From NCBI GenBank assembly GCA_965247655.1, contig OZ252032.1:4397414-4461413 (forward strand): a DNA stretch of 64,000 bases. The letters run 5' to 3'. This document shows positions 50,580 to 61,342 of the stretch, one piece after another. A program made the position numbers and the translations under genes. The notes beneath the pieces are model-generated. The model did not search any database. It saw nothing but the letters and a program-made list of their open reading frames with translations, and was not told the origin of the DNA. Position 1 is the stretch's first letter. Every line of letters begins with the position of its first letter. Source of the DNA: Candidatus Poribacteria bacterium (GTDB taxonomy: Bacteria; Poribacteria; WGA-4E; PCPOR2b).

Positions 50580-51428
50580 CTAAACGTTTACATATCTCCG
50601 TATCGGTGCAATACTGCCGAGTAATCCAATCAGAGTGCCTCCGAGTAGAATCAGACCGAGTTGATCTAGCGGAATGAACTTCATCTCACTAATTCGCGGC
50701 ACGAATATGCGAAATAGTGTGTAAAAACTAACTATTCCAGATAAACTCCCGATAAACCCTAGAAACACCCCTTGGGCGATAAGTGGGACACGGATGTACC
50801 AATAGGTCGCCCCAACCAGTCTCATGACCCGGATTTCTTCGCGGCGAAAGTAGGCGGTCAGCATAATCGAAAAGCAGACAATAATCACCGAAGCTCCACC
50901 CATTAATCCGCCTAACCCCAGAAGTAGCATTTCCACCTTGCGGATAAATTCAGAACTTTCCTGCTCATATTTGACATCCTCCACTTGGGCAAAGGACCGA
51001 ATCTGATCCGCATGCTGCAACAATTTTTCCGGAGGTAATAAGGTATCTTTAATATAAATCTCTAGCGAGGCGGGGAATGGGTTACTATCTGCAAATCCCT
51101 CTGTGAGGGTCTTTCCAAATGCACCAAACATCTCCTCACCTCGGGCAAGGGCTTCCTCTTTAGAAACATAAGTCACTGTTGCAGCCCAATCAATCTTCTC
51201 AATTTGGCTGCGAAATTCCCGCCCTTCGGACTCACCAACGCTGTCTGTAAGAAAAACAATCATCGCTGGTTTGTCTTTAAGACCTTCAATTTCCTCGCGT
51301 AGATGGTTGCCAATTAGGATTAGCGCACTCCCGATTGTGACTGTCAGGGTGACAATTACAATGCTTAGGAAACTAACAAAACCGCCATGTCGAATATTGG
51401 AAAATGATTCTTCAAATAAGTACCACAT
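50580..51428 (-). CDS. ftsX: Cell-division permease FtsX
   Basis: VSKEEAL, NPFPASLEI, RREEIRVMRLVGATYWYIRVP. Confidence 0.9.
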   Translation of the reverse strand: MWYLFEESFSNIRHGGFVSFLSIVIVTLTVTIGSALILIGNHLREEIEGLKDKPAMIVFLTDSVGESEGREFRSQIEKIDWAATVTYVSKEEALARGEEMFGAFGKTLTEGFADSNPFPASLEIYIKDTLLPPEKLLQHADQIRSFAQVEDVKYEQESSEFIRKVEMLLLGLGGLMGGASVIIVCFSIMLTAYFRREEIRVMRLVGATYWYIRVPLIAQGVFLGFIGSLSGIVSFYTLFRIFVPRISEMKFIPLDQLGLILLGGTLIGLLGSIAPIRRYVNV

Positions 51429-51484
51429 AGATAGATATCAAAAATAATAGGTAAGATGTAAAAACTGCACCAAACTGCACCAGT

Positions 51485-52459
51485 TTATAAGGAACTCAGA
51501 ATATTCTTAATTATATCATCGGTTTGGATGCCCTCCCCCTCGCCTTCAAAATTCAAAATGATACGGTGGCGTAAGGCTGGCAGCACAACAGATTGTACGT
51601 CTTCAAAAGCGACATTGTAACGCTCATCAAGTAACGCTTTGATCTTCGCCGTCAATGCAATCGCTTGCAGCCCACGAATACTTGCACCCAATTCAACATA
51701 TTGCCTTGTCATCTCTGGGCTGTTGGAATTATCTGGATGCGTAGCACGGATGAGCTTAATGATATACCGTTCCACATGTTCGGCGATCAGTACACGCCGG
51801 ACTAGCTGGCGCATTGACTGAATCGTCTCTGCATCACTAATCTTCTCAATAGAGGTCTCCGCCTCCGATGTTGTTCGTCGCAGGATCTCACCAAGCTCAT
51901 CTTCGTCTGGAAAGGTAATCTGAAGTTTGAACAGGAATCGATCCAGTTGCGCCTCTGGCAAGCGGTACGTTCCGTCCATCTCAATAGGATTCTGAGTCGC
52001 AAGTACACAGAAGGGCTCTTCCAGTTTATAGCTTGTCCGTGCTACGCTCACGGTACGTTCCTGCATCGCCTCTAGCAGGGCAGATTGCGTACGGGGTGTC
52101 GCCCGATTAATTTCGTCTGCGAGGATAATCTGTGCAAATATGGGTCCCTGCTGAAACTCAAACTGCTTTCGTCCCTGAGCATCTTCGATCAGAAGCATTG
52201 TGCCTGTGATGTCTGATGGCATCATGTCCGGCGTAAACTGAATCCGGTTGAACGACAAGCTGAGTGCCTCGCTCAGGGTATGAATCAACTGCGTTTTACC
52301 TAAGCCGGGGACGCCTTCAAGAAGCACATGCCCATTGGCAAAGAGGCAGAGTAATACGCCTTCAATCACCTCATTTTGCCCAACGATGCGCTTGTGGATC
52401 TCTGCCTCCACTCGGCTGAAGTTTTCCTTAAACTGCTGTACTTGAGCTTCTAGAGGCAT
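51485..52459 (-). CDS. MoxR AAA+ ATPase
   Basis: GHVLLEGVPGLGKT, RIQFTPD, DEINRA, LPEAQLDRF. Confidence 0.95.
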   Translation of the reverse strand: MPLEAQVQQFKENFSRVEAEIHKRIVGQNEVIEGVLLCLFANGHVLLEGVPGLGKTQLIHTLSEALSLSFNRIQFTPDMMPSDITGTMLLIEDAQGRKQFEFQQGPIFAQIILADEINRATPRTQSALLEAMQERTVSVARTSYKLEEPFCVLATQNPIEMDGTYRLPEAQLDRFLFKLQITFPDEDELGEILRRTTSEAETSIEKISDAETIQSMRQLVRRVLIAEHVERYIIKLIRATHPDNSNSPEMTRQYVELGASIRGLQAIALTAKIKALLDERYNVAFEDVQSVVLPALRHRIILNFEGEGEGIQTDDIIKNILSSL

Positions 52460-52555
52460 GGTTGAGACCTAGTCTATTAAGTAGAGATGGCTCATTCTGC
52501 TATCATTAACTATTCAAGAAACTCTACAAAGTGGATGCTGCGTTGATTCACCGAT

Positions 52556-53416
52556 TTATCGCCAACGCGGCGGCGTTTCAACAAACTGATTGTAGCAATC
52601 CTCAACATTAGCATCAGTTGCATCGCCCTCGTGGATGAGAATACGAAACCGTTGCGTCAAGCGTTCACCACGGGAAAGTTGGTACTGGCCTAGCAAAGTG
52701 AAGTTTGTTAGAAACGTACCGTAATTCCGTGTAAAAAATGCCGAAGGCGGATTCGATGGGTGGTTCATCAGTGTAACACCGACTGTTTTACCGGCAACAA
52801 CTCCGCTGTAGTCTGTCCAATCGGCGGACTGTCGCATCGCTTCTTCCTCGTTACGTTGACCGTTGGCGTTGAGGATTGTCCCTCCATCTTCCACATCCAT
52901 CGTATCGGCAACGCGCACACCGAGAAATGCGTGGTTATCTTGTGCAAACGTCAGATCCGTTTGACTGGCAATCAGTGTACTTGTTAAGTCAATGATATGA
53001 GCCTCCTCACCGGGAATAACTGTGAAGTTGCGCTCCTCATCCAACAAACGAACATCTGCCTTCGTTATCCAACCGTTATGTGTCATGACGTGAATACCGA
53101 TCTCATCAATCTCATGCTGGCTTTTTTCCAAGACAATGTCACCGAGGTTTGACCGGGTTGGATTGTTGTCATGGAAGAAGTTAATTCCATTCACGTCCGC
53201 ATGACCGATGAAAATCGATTTGTGATGATTGTAACGGTATGCACAGGTGCATGTCACTTCGCGCCCGCTGGGAGAATAAGCAGGATAGAAATCAGGACGC
53301 GATTTGTACATATCGCCGTATTGGGTGTAACCCCTATTGTAGGCGAGGAAGAACGCCTCTCCGTTATAGAATTTGAAGCGCAGATCTTCTTCGATAATTC
53401 TTGGAACAACAGGCAT
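52556..53416 (-). CDS. DUF6807 / 'PmoA'-family protein
   Basis: RPDFYP, HHKSIF, FLGVRVA, WTDYSG, HPSNP. Confidence 0.7.
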   Translation of the reverse strand: MPVVPRIIEEDLRFKFYNGEAFFLAYNRGYTQYGDMYKSRPDFYPAYSPSGREVTCTCAYRYNHHKSIFIGHADVNGINFFHDNNPTRSNLGDIVLEKSQHEIDEIGIHVMTHNGWITKADVRLLDEERNFTVIPGEEAHIIDLTSTLIASQTDLTFAQDNHAFLGVRVADTMDVEDGGTILNANGQRNEEEAMRQSADWTDYSGVVAGKTVGVTLMNHPSNPPSAFFTRNYGTFLTNFTLLGQYQLSRGERLTQRFRILIHEGDATDANVEDCYNQFVETPPRWR

Positions 53417-53510
53417 TGGATAACTCTTATTGGTATCGCCAAGGTGTAATCGCAGATTAGGAAATCTGCGCCACAAACTGTGGAATTTAACTGCGTAATC
53501 CCTAAATCTA

Positions 53511-56500
53511 TCAGACAAAATTCATTACAGAAGAGGATTTCTCTCCAACACGGGCAGTGCGATTGCTCGGCTTAACGGAGTCGCTGCCGAAGATGACTTC
53601 AATTTCCGACACCGTTGGAGACGGAAATGAAATGTTGTAGCGTGCGCTGCACTGTGCAACGATCTCACCATATTTGGGAGTCAGGAGGCGTAGGATAAGA
53701 TTATGGTCACCATCTCCCTTCGAGCAGATACTCCGCAATGCCTCCAGCTTTTCTTGATTAGCCACATCGCTTTCAGAGATCGTGACTTCCACTGCTGATG
53801 TCAATCGCTCGACAACCGCATCAATGGGCAAAATCTCTTCCGCCTGAATCTGATGCGTGTCCTCCTCTATTTCGTCATCGCCCCCACCATTTCTCCGCCG
53901 ATTTTCGCTGACATTCCCCCGAATCCACACCACCGCGTCCTCCTCTATTACATCGCGCGACTTCTTGTAGGCTTCTGGGAAAACAACAACATCCGTAGTT
54001 CCCTCCAAATCCTCAACAACGAGAATTGCCATTGGATCGCCCTTCTTCGTCTTCGTGAGGCGGACGGAGATAAGCTGACCGGCGACATATACCTCTGTCC
54101 CGTTTGGAGGCTCCCCAAGCGTTTGCGAGGTAACGGTGGTATAGTACTTCATAATGTCCCCATACTGCTCCAGTGGGTGTCCAGAAAGATAGAAGCCGAG
54201 TTGTTCTTTTTCATTTCTTAGTATATCGGCATGCGACCATTCTGGCACGTCAACCAGTTCCACCTGTGTCATCGGCGTCTCTTCAGTCGTACCGAAAAGG
54301 CCCATTTGCCCTTTTTCCCGGTCTTGCTGCGTACTTTGAGCTACTTTCATAGTCTGTTCAAGGCTTGCCAGTTGTTGCGCCCGATGTCCATCAAGTGCAT
54401 CAAATGCTCCCGCCATAATCAGACTTTCAATCGCCCGTTTATTGACCACTTTTGTGTCAACCCGTTCGCAGAAGTCTTGGATCGATGCGAATGAGCCGCC
54501 CTGCTCCCGCGCTTCGACAATCGCCTCAAGCGCGATTTCGCTGACATTTTTGACCGCAGCGAGTCCGAAGCGGATGTCGTCCCCAACGACGGTAAAATCC
54601 TTGCTACTGCTGCTAATGTCCGGCGGCAGGACTTGGAGTGGCGTTTCGAGGTATTCTGACAGTTCGCTACATTCAGCGATGTATTTTCTAATCTTGTCGC
54701 TGTCAGCAGATTCGCCGGTCATCATTGACGCCATAAACTCACGGGGATAGTGCGTCTTGAGGTAAGCGGTCTGATAGGAGAGAATTGCATAAGCAACGGT
54801 GTGGGATCGGTTAAAAGCATATCGACCAAAGGGTTCAAGATAATTAAAAACTTTTTCAGCGTCTTCCACCTTGATGTTATTGTTGACAGCACCTTCGATG
54901 AATTTTTCACGCTGCATCTTGAGGACATCCATCTTCTTCTTGCCCATCGCATCTCGGAGGACATCTGCCTCACCAAGCGTAAAGTTAGCCATATCTCGTG
55001 CGATCTGCATCACCTGTTCCTGGTAGATGCACACACCGTAGGTGTTCTTCAGTGCATCTTCAAGGGTCGGATGGAGATACTCTACCTTTTCAACTTTAAG
55101 CTTTCTACGGATGAAGCTGTCCATCATACCACTGTCGAGGGGACCGGGACGGTAGAGCGCGGGAATGGGAATGAAGTCCTCAAAGTTGCTCGGTTTAATC
55201 TGCATGATGACGCGGCGCATCCCGGGCGAGGTTTCCAACTGAAAGAGGCCCCCAACGAGACCGTGACTGACAAGTCCATACGTCTTTTCGTCATCGAATG
55301 GAATATCCTCAAGCGAGAGCTCGACACCGTGATTTGCCTTAATTCGTGCAAGGCAGTCGTAAACTTCGCTCAAAGTTCGGAGGCCGAGGAAGTCGAATTT
55401 GACCATGCCGACATCTTCAAGAATTTTGAGATCAAATTGTGTTGCAATGCGGTCATGCTTGTCCTTGAAGAGGGGGACGTAATCGGTCAGCGGACCATTC
55501 GACAGCACCACCCCGCACGCATGGATGGAGACATGCCGTTTCATACCCTCAATCGATTTGGCGATGTCCATCATCTCCCTGTTTTCCTGCGCTTCGGCAA
55601 CCTCGCGAAGTTGTGGCACCTCCTCCAAAGACTCATCAAGCGTCACACCGGGAATGGTTGGAACGAGCTGCGTCACTCGCCGAACATCCTGCACCGGCAC
55701 ATCGAGTGCCCTGCCAACATCGGCGACAGCGGCCTTCGCACCGAAGGTGCTGAATGTTGCCACCTGTCCGACGCAGTCCGCTCCGTACTTCTCGGTCAGG
55801 TAATCAATGACAACCTTGCGATGTTCATCTCCAAAGTCAATGTCAATATCGGGCATACTGATACGATCAAGGTTCAGGAACCGCTCGAACATACAGTCAT
55901 ATTTCATCGGTTCAAACGTCGTAACACCAAGCGCGTAAAGTGCTAAACTCCCACCTGCTGAACCACGTGCATTGAGCGGGAACCCGCGTTCGCGGGCGAA
56001 ATTAACATAATCCCACACAATCAGCAGATAGCCGGCATAACCTGTCTTCTGAATAATGTCAAGTTCGTAGTCGATTCGCTCTTTTATCTCGGTCGAAAGC
56101 TCACCATATTTTTGACGGAGCGCGTCATAGCACAGTTTGCTGAGGTATGAGTCAGCCGTATAGCCCTCAGGGACTTCGTATTTCGGCATGATGTGTTCGC
56201 CGTAATCGAGTTTCAGTTGGCAGCGATTGGCAATCTCAAGTGTATTTGTAACCGCTTCAGGAGGGAATTCCGCTAGAACTTGGTGCATTTCATCAACATT
56301 TTTGAAATAGAACTGATTCAAGAACCGCATACGGTCTTCTTCCTTCACCCCGCGCTTCATTTGAATACATAGCAGTACATCGTGCATCGTGTGGTCGGTA
56401 TTGTTAAGATAATGGCAATCATTTGTTCCGACAATTGGCAGGTTGTGTTCCCTGGCAAGCTCAACCATCACCGGGTAGGCACGCGCTTCTTCGGGGATGC

Positions 56501-57038
56501 CGTGATTTTGAACTTCAACGTACAGGTTATCCTTGCCCATGATATCTTGGAGCATTCGGAAGTTTTTTACCGCCCCCTCACGTTGATCGGAGGCGAGAAG
56601 TGCGGGAACATAGCCTTGAATACACCCTGTCAAGGCAATAATCCCCTCGCGATGCTCGCGCAAAATTTCCATATCAATGCGGGGTCTTGAGTAGAAGCCT
56701 TCAAGGTAAGCGATCGACCCGAGTTTCATTAAGTTTTTATACCCGGCCGCATTTTCAGCCAGTAGCGTTAGATGGTAAGGACTGCCCTGATTTTTTCCGC
56801 GCTCATGGCGGCTGTTGGGAGCAACGTACGCCTCACAGCCGACAATCGGGTTGACACCTTTGTCCTTTGCTTTCTTGTAAAACTCCCACGCACCGAACAT
56901 GTTGCCGTGGTCTGTGAGCGCGACAGCGGGGACGCTGCTTTTATAAGCCCATTCAATCATGTCGGAGATTCGACAAGCACCGTCAAGCAGGCTATATTCG
57001 CTATGATTGTGTAGATGAACGAATGCGGATTTTGCCAT
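53511..57038 (-). CDS. dnaE: DNA polymerase III alpha subunit
   Basis: FVHLHNHSEYSLLDGA, RGSAGGSL, MPDIDIDF, KFDFLGL, YAFNRSH. Confidence 0.98.
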   Translation of the reverse strand: MAKSAFVHLHNHSEYSLLDGACRISDMIEWAYKSSVPAVALTDHGNMFGAWEFYKKAKDKGVNPIVGCEAYVAPNSRHERGKNQGSPYHLTLLAENAAGYKNLMKLGSIAYLEGFYSRPRIDMEILREHREGIIALTGCIQGYVPALLASDQREGAVKNFRMLQDIMGKDNLYVEVQNHGIPEEARAYPVMVELAREHNLPIVGTNDCHYLNNTDHTMHDVLLCIQMKRGVKEEDRMRFLNQFYFKNVDEMHQVLAEFPPEAVTNTLEIANRCQLKLDYGEHIMPKYEVPEGYTADSYLSKLCYDALRQKYGELSTEIKERIDYELDIIQKTGYAGYLLIVWDYVNFARERGFPLNARGSAGGSLALYALGVTTFEPMKYDCMFERFLNLDRISMPDIDIDFGDEHRKVVIDYLTEKYGADCVGQVATFSTFGAKAAVADVGRALDVPVQDVRRVTQLVPTIPGVTLDESLEEVPQLREVAEAQENREMMDIAKSIEGMKRHVSIHACGVVLSNGPLTDYVPLFKDKHDRIATQFDLKILEDVGMVKFDFLGLRTLSEVYDCLARIKANHGVELSLEDIPFDDEKTYGLVSHGLVGGLFQLETSPGMRRVIMQIKPSNFEDFIPIPALYRPGPLDSGMMDSFIRRKLKVEKVEYLHPTLEDALKNTYGVCIYQEQVMQIARDMANFTLGEADVLRDAMGKKKMDVLKMQREKFIEGAVNNNIKVEDAEKVFNYLEPFGRYAFNRSHTVAYAILSYQTAYLKTHYPREFMASMMTGESADSDKIRKYIAECSELSEYLETPLQVLPPDISSSSKDFTVVGDDIRFGLAAVKNVSEIALEAIVEAREQGGSFASIQDFCERVDTKVVNKRAIESLIMAGAFDALDGHRAQQLASLEQTMKVAQSTQQDREKGQMGLFGTTEETPMTQVELVDVPEWSHADILRNEKEQLGFYLSGHPLEQYGDIMKYYTTVTSQTLGEPPNGTEVYVAGQLISVRLTKTKKGDPMAILVVEDLEGTTDVVVFPEAYKKSRDVIEEDAVVWIRGNVSENRRRNGGGDDEIEEDTHQIQAEEILPIDAVVERLTSAVEVTISESDVANQEKLEALRSICSKGDGDHNLILRLLTPKYGEIVAQCSARYNISFPSPTVSEIEVIFGSDSVKPSNRTARVGEKSSSVMNFV

Positions 57039-57119
57039 ATTATGTATCCTTCCGAGCTCATACCAAAAGAAAGTGCAAAACACTAAGAGTATGAAATGTG
57101 AAAACAATATAATTTACTA

Positions 57120-57928
57120 GGTTCTGTTGACATTTCATCGTAACCAGATAATCGTGGCAACGAAACTCAGAAATCCCATATATCGAACCGCTAGCTTATC
57201 AAACCGAGAGGAAATACGACGATACTGTTTCATTTTGTTGATGAAACATTCGACTAAATGTCTCTCTTTATACAGATGCGCATCATAAGTGCGTGAATCC
57301 CGACGGTTGGCACGTGGGGGTATCACCGGCACCGCCCCCCTTTGGGTTATCGACTCAATCAATGCCATCGAGTCATATGATGTGTCAGCTATCACATACT
57401 CACTGTTATAACCGTCAATTAACGCCTCAGCACAAGTGATGTCGTGCCGTTGACCCGCTGTCAGCATAAAATGTAAGGGATTGCCTAAGCCATCAACAGC
57501 GATATGAATCTTAGTTGAGAATCCACCCCGGCTGCGTCCAAGTGCTTGTGAGGCTTGACCCCCACTTGTTTTCAATGCACCCCCAGCACATGGGTGTGCG
57601 CGAATGATAGTGCTGTCAATGATAAGCCACTCCATATCGGGGTCTTTGGCAAAGTGTTGGTGCATGCGTTGAAAGATATCTTTATCGCACCATCTTGCGA
57701 ATCGTTTATAGACACTGTTCCAATTGCCGTACTGGTTAGGTAACAGGCGCCATTGACTGCCACTACGAGTTATCCAAAGCACCGCATGGATAAAACGTTT
57801 TAAGTGTGTGTGTTGTCCGGTATAGATATCAGGACAGGTTTTAAGGAATGATACTATTTTTGACCATTGACTATCGGATAGGGTGAATGTGGACATATTA
57901 CCATTATGACACAAATGTCAACACGCCC
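57120..57928 (-). mobile_element. IS5-family element (809 bp) in a CTAG target
   Basis: TIRs ggttctgttgacattt / aaatgtcaacacgccc; TA duplication; empty site tttactagtaaa. Confidence 0.9.
57135..57896 (-). CDS. IS5-family transposase
   Basis: GSQWRLLP..YGNWNSVYKRF, IDSTIIRAH, GRSRGGFSTKIH, YKERHLVECFINK. Confidence 0.95.
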   Translation of the reverse strand: MSTFTLSDSQWSKIVSFLKTCPDIYTGQHTHLKRFIHAVLWITRSGSQWRLLPNQYGNWNSVYKRFARWCDKDIFQRMHQHFAKDPDMEWLIIDSTIIRAHPCAGGALKTSGGQASQALGRSRGGFSTKIHIAVDGLGNPLHFMLTAGQRHDITCAEALIDGYNSEYVIADTSYDSMALIESITQRGAVPVIPPRANRRDSRTYDAHLYKERHLVECFINKMKQYRRISSRFDKLAVRYMGFLSFVATIIWLR

Positions 57929-57951
57929 TAGTAAACCGTTTCTACCAATAA

Positions 57952-58899
57952 CTAATGATCTTCCTCATGGTGATGGTCATCGTGTTGGTGATCTTGGTGC
58001 TGATGTCCGTTGCGTTGATGTAAGCTATGGTGATCGTGAGTCACATCACGGGTCAAGAGGAAAACAGCCAATAAACCAACCGCGAAAGCCATCGCCCCGG
58101 TGACCTTATCAAGCGACAATATTCTTTCTCTTATCGAAGGAACCTCGTGAGAATGTTCTTCTTCAGGAGGAGAATGTTCCTCCTCGGAATGCGGCGCGTG
58201 TGCATGTGACGCATGACCGCCATGAAAGCTCTCAATTACCACATTCAGCAGCGTGCCAGCAGCAAAGGCTGTCAGGTATCCGATAAATTCGCCGAATCTC
58301 CCGGTCAAAATCCGCTCCCCGATGAGAGCACCAACCACCGGCGCGATTGAGAGTGGGAGAAGCCGTCCGACGGTTGAGATAAATGCTAATCGTAAGCTAA
58401 ACTGCAAACGAGATCCGAAAGGGAGACCGCGTCCGATGGTTGCAATGAGTGAGTTGTCGCTGAGAAATGCCAGTGTCAGCACAAAAGCAATCGGCAGATG
58501 ATGTATTAAAATTACAACGGCAAGTCCGGGACCAAGCATCTCGTTCTTGCTTGCAATAGCGAGGTTAAATCCATCGGCCAACGCATGGATTGATAGCCCA
58601 ATCACAGTCAAATCCGCGACCCATCGGTGATTTTGTATCGGGAATCGTGGGTTGCGATGACTGATCCGCTCGATTAAAAAGATGGGCAGAAAACCGGATG
58701 CCATGAGAAGGAGGCTTACCCACCCGAGATCTTCATACAGGTGGGGGATAAGGTAAAAACCAACGAACCCCACAACGGTACTGGCAGTGAACCCTGTGAG
58801 TATCGCGAAAATGACCGGGTCCGAACGTAACGTGTAAAAGGCAATCACGGCACCGATGAAGACTGAGAGAACTGCTATTATGAGATAGATGATTAGCAT
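57952..58899 (-). CDS. ZIP-like metal permease with His-rich segments
   Basis: Multiple TMs; IHALADG and ILIHHLP; His-rich loop and C-terminus. Confidence 0.75.
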   Translation of the reverse strand: MLIIYLIIAVLSVFIGAVIAFYTLRSDPVIFAILTGFTASTVVGFVGFYLIPHLYEDLGWVSLLLMASGFLPIFLIERISHRNPRFPIQNHRWVADLTVIGLSIHALADGFNLAIASKNEMLGPGLAVVILIHHLPIAFVLTLAFLSDNSLIATIGRGLPFGSRLQFSLRLAFISTVGRLLPLSIAPVVGALIGERILTGRFGEFIGYLTAFAAGTLLNVVIESFHGGHASHAHAPHSEEEHSPPEEEHSHEVPSIRERILSLDKVTGAMAFAVGLLAVFLLTRDVTHDHHSLHQRNGHQHQDHQHDDHHHEEDH

Positions 58900-59078
58900 T
58901 GGATCTTGGGATTGAACCCCTACTCCTTAATTGGGAAGAAAACCCCGATCCTCCGTATGTAGAGGTAATTTACCTTATTGTAACTCAATTACTATGTTTT
59001 TGTCACTGAAAATCCGAAGGTAATGAGTGAAACAATTTATCCTAAAAATGACAGACTTAAGACCTAAGGGGTTGGAAC

Positions 59079-60449
59079 CTACGCCTCTGCTGTCACGGGA
59101 TTCCGTCGTCTGCGCTGAGACATCCCTTTTTCGAGTGTGTCCTTGGTCACTAGTTCATACAGAATCGCATATTTCCCCTCACGTTTGCGGAGAATGCGGC
59201 CTAGCCGTTGGGTGTATTCCCGTGTGCTCCCGCTGCCGCCGAGGATAACCCCGATGTTTACCTCCGGGACATTGATTCCCTCGTTAAGTACCTTTGATGT
59301 AACGATTGCGGGATATTCGCCGGTGTTAAAGTGTTCGAGAATCCGTTTTCGTTCTTTGGTTTTGGTCTGATGCGTAATTGCCGGTAGCAAGTGGCGTATG
59401 GAGATGCGATAGGCGAAGCGGTTACTTCCGGTAAAAATTAAGACTCGGTCATTGCGATGCTGTTTCAGCAAGGATTCGAGAAGCCCTAACTTGGCTCCGG
59501 CTTCAAGCGCAACAGTTTTGGATCTGTTTAGGGCAAGCATCGCCCGTCGTGCCGCCTTTTCTCGTGTGCTCAGTCGGACAAATTTGCTCCAGCCACCTCC
59601 AAACAGTTGGATATTTCGATCGCGCAGAAAATCGAGGTAGATTGTCCGTTCTCGTGTATATTCCGCTCGTTCTTCTTCAGTCAGTTCGACGTACAACCGA
59701 ACGGTTTCATATTCTGATAGATATTCACCCTTGAGTTCGTCAATTGACTTTCGATAGACCACTCCACCAATCAGTTGGCGAAGTCTCCCCTCCATTCGGT
59801 CTGCCCGTTCATACGTCGCCGTCAGGCCGAGTCGTCTGGAAGCGATACTGAGTTCTGGAATGTGGCTGTAACTCGGAGAAGGAAGATGGTGTACTTCATC
59901 AAAAATAAGGAATCCGAAGCGGTTGCCGTATTCGTTACTGTAGCGATACGCACTGTCATAAGTCGTGACGGTGATCTCTTGGAGTTCGTGGTATCCGCCG
60001 CCCAAAATGCCGATTTCGAGGTCGAAAGCGTTGGTCAGCAGGTCGTACCATTGGTTGAGCAGATCAATCGTTGGCACAATGATTAGTGTGCTGCGCCCCA
60101 CATGTTCAATTGCCTTGAGAGCAAGGAGCGTTTTGCCTGCACCTGTCGGCAAAACAACCGTACCGAGACAATCCGCATCGATCCACGCCTGCAATCCTTC
60201 CTGTTGATAGTCGTGGAGGTCAAAATCCAGTTTGAGCGTTGGCTTGATGGTTCTGTATTTCGGAACGGTCGTCGTGTATTGGACACCGTTTTCGCGCAAC
60301 TGCTCGACAGCGATTGGGTAGTGCAACGCAAGGGCACGCCATTTTTCAACCCGCGTGTCCCACTGAAAGTGTGGGGGCGGTGTCTCTGCGTGTTCAGCGA
60401 TAACCGTGCCGTCGTCATAGCGGAAATAGATTTTCTTTTTTTCGCTCAT
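59079..60449 (-). CDS. Second XPB/Rad25-like SF2 helicase (short type)
   Basis: YDDGT, WDTRVEKWR, LPTGAGKT, DEVHHL, LGLTAT, QRLGRILR. Confidence 0.9.
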   Translation of the reverse strand: MSEKKKIYFRYDDGTVIAEHAETPPPHFQWDTRVEKWRALALHYPIAVEQLRENGVQYTTTVPKYRTIKPTLKLDFDLHDYQQEGLQAWIDADCLGTVVLPTGAGKTLLALKAIEHVGRSTLIIVPTIDLLNQWYDLLTNAFDLEIGILGGGYHELQEITVTTYDSAYRYSNEYGNRFGFLIFDEVHHLPSPSYSHIPELSIASRRLGLTATYERADRMEGRLRQLIGGVVYRKSIDELKGEYLSEYETVRLYVELTEEERAEYTRERTIYLDFLRDRNIQLFGGGWSKFVRLSTREKAARRAMLALNRSKTVALEAGAKLGLLESLLKQHRNDRVLIFTGSNRFAYRISIRHLLPAITHQTKTKERKRILEHFNTGEYPAIVTSKVLNEGINVPEVNIGVILGGSGSTREYTQRLGRILRKREGKYAILYELVTKDTLEKGMSQRRRRNPVTAEA

Positions 60450-61303
60450 AATTGATCGGATCTATCCCCAGACACATCTTCAGAAACCGTATCGCTCGTT
60501 TTCCGAAACTGATGGATTAGGAACCATATTCCTATCGCTACTAAAATGACTCCAACAAAGTCAAACCAGAGGGGTTGGAATTCAATCGTTCCGAAATCGC
60601 TTGTGTAACCCGGTATATCGAATGGAAGAAGAGTCGTAGCGGCTAATGGCAATGCGTTAGTAAGCGCATGACCAAAAAAACAGGGGAGCATCGATCGGGT
60701 CTCTATAAACCACCATGCAAACAGAACCCCTAATGTAGTAGCACCGATGAATTGCCATGGATTAAGGTGAAGCACTGCGAAAAATATGGCAGAAGCAAGG
60801 ATAGCTTTTCGTGTGCTATAATGACTCAGAAAGCCGCGTAGTATCAGTCCTCGCACCAACAGTTCCTCGGTCAAGGGGGCAACCACCACGAGTGCTATAG
60901 TTGAACCCCAAAGGCTTACTTGGGCACTTACAAGACTCGTGAGATAGTCGGAAAACCGTGCTGGCGGGGGGAGGACGGTTCGTTGTAAGTTATTTATTTC
61001 AGAGATCAGGATAGAGGTGCCGATAACTGTGAGCACCATAGGGAAAAGCAGGGACGGTCGTACCGGCGCGAGCGGACATATCTCTCTGAGAGAGGCTTGG
61101 GCTCGTTTAAGCCCTCTTATCAAAATTAACCCGAAGGCAATAACACTAATCAATGAAAAAACAGCGGGGTGATCTGAAAGTGGAAAGTCGATAACACTCC
61201 CAAGGATTTCAAAAGGGATAGATAACACAAGCATTAGAATGCTGAGTAATATCAGAATCCAGATAGATTGGAGAATATTGGGGTAACGGTAATTTTGAGT
61301 CAT
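60446..61303 (-). CDS. CPBP (CAAX/Abi) intramembrane metalloprotease
   Basis: APLTEELLVRG, FAVLHLNPWQ, HALTN. Confidence 0.9.
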   Translation of the reverse strand: MTQNYRYPNILQSIWILILLSILMLVLSIPFEILGSVIDFPLSDHPAVFSLISVIAFGLILIRGLKRAQASLREICPLAPVRPSLLFPMVLTVIGTSILISEINNLQRTVLPPPARFSDYLTSLVSAQVSLWGSTIALVVVAPLTEELLVRGLILRGFLSHYSTRKAILASAIFFAVLHLNPWQFIGATTLGVLFAWWFIETRSMLPCFFGHALTNALPLAATTLLPFDIPGYTSDFGTIEFQPLWFDFVGVILVAIGIWFLIHQFRKTSDTVSEDVSGDRSDQL

Positions 61304-61342
61304 GTCAACCTCCGATCTGTGAAACGCCCGATTCCCCTAGGA

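Noticed and set aside
52556-53416. Methane monooxygenase (from the 'PmoA' family name)
   Set aside because: Soluble-looking protein with no TM helices and no pmoB/pmoC
54750-55946. 398-aa plus-strand ORF (and many similar shadow ORFs)
   Set aside because: Antisense to dnaE or other well-supported genes; no recognisable motifs
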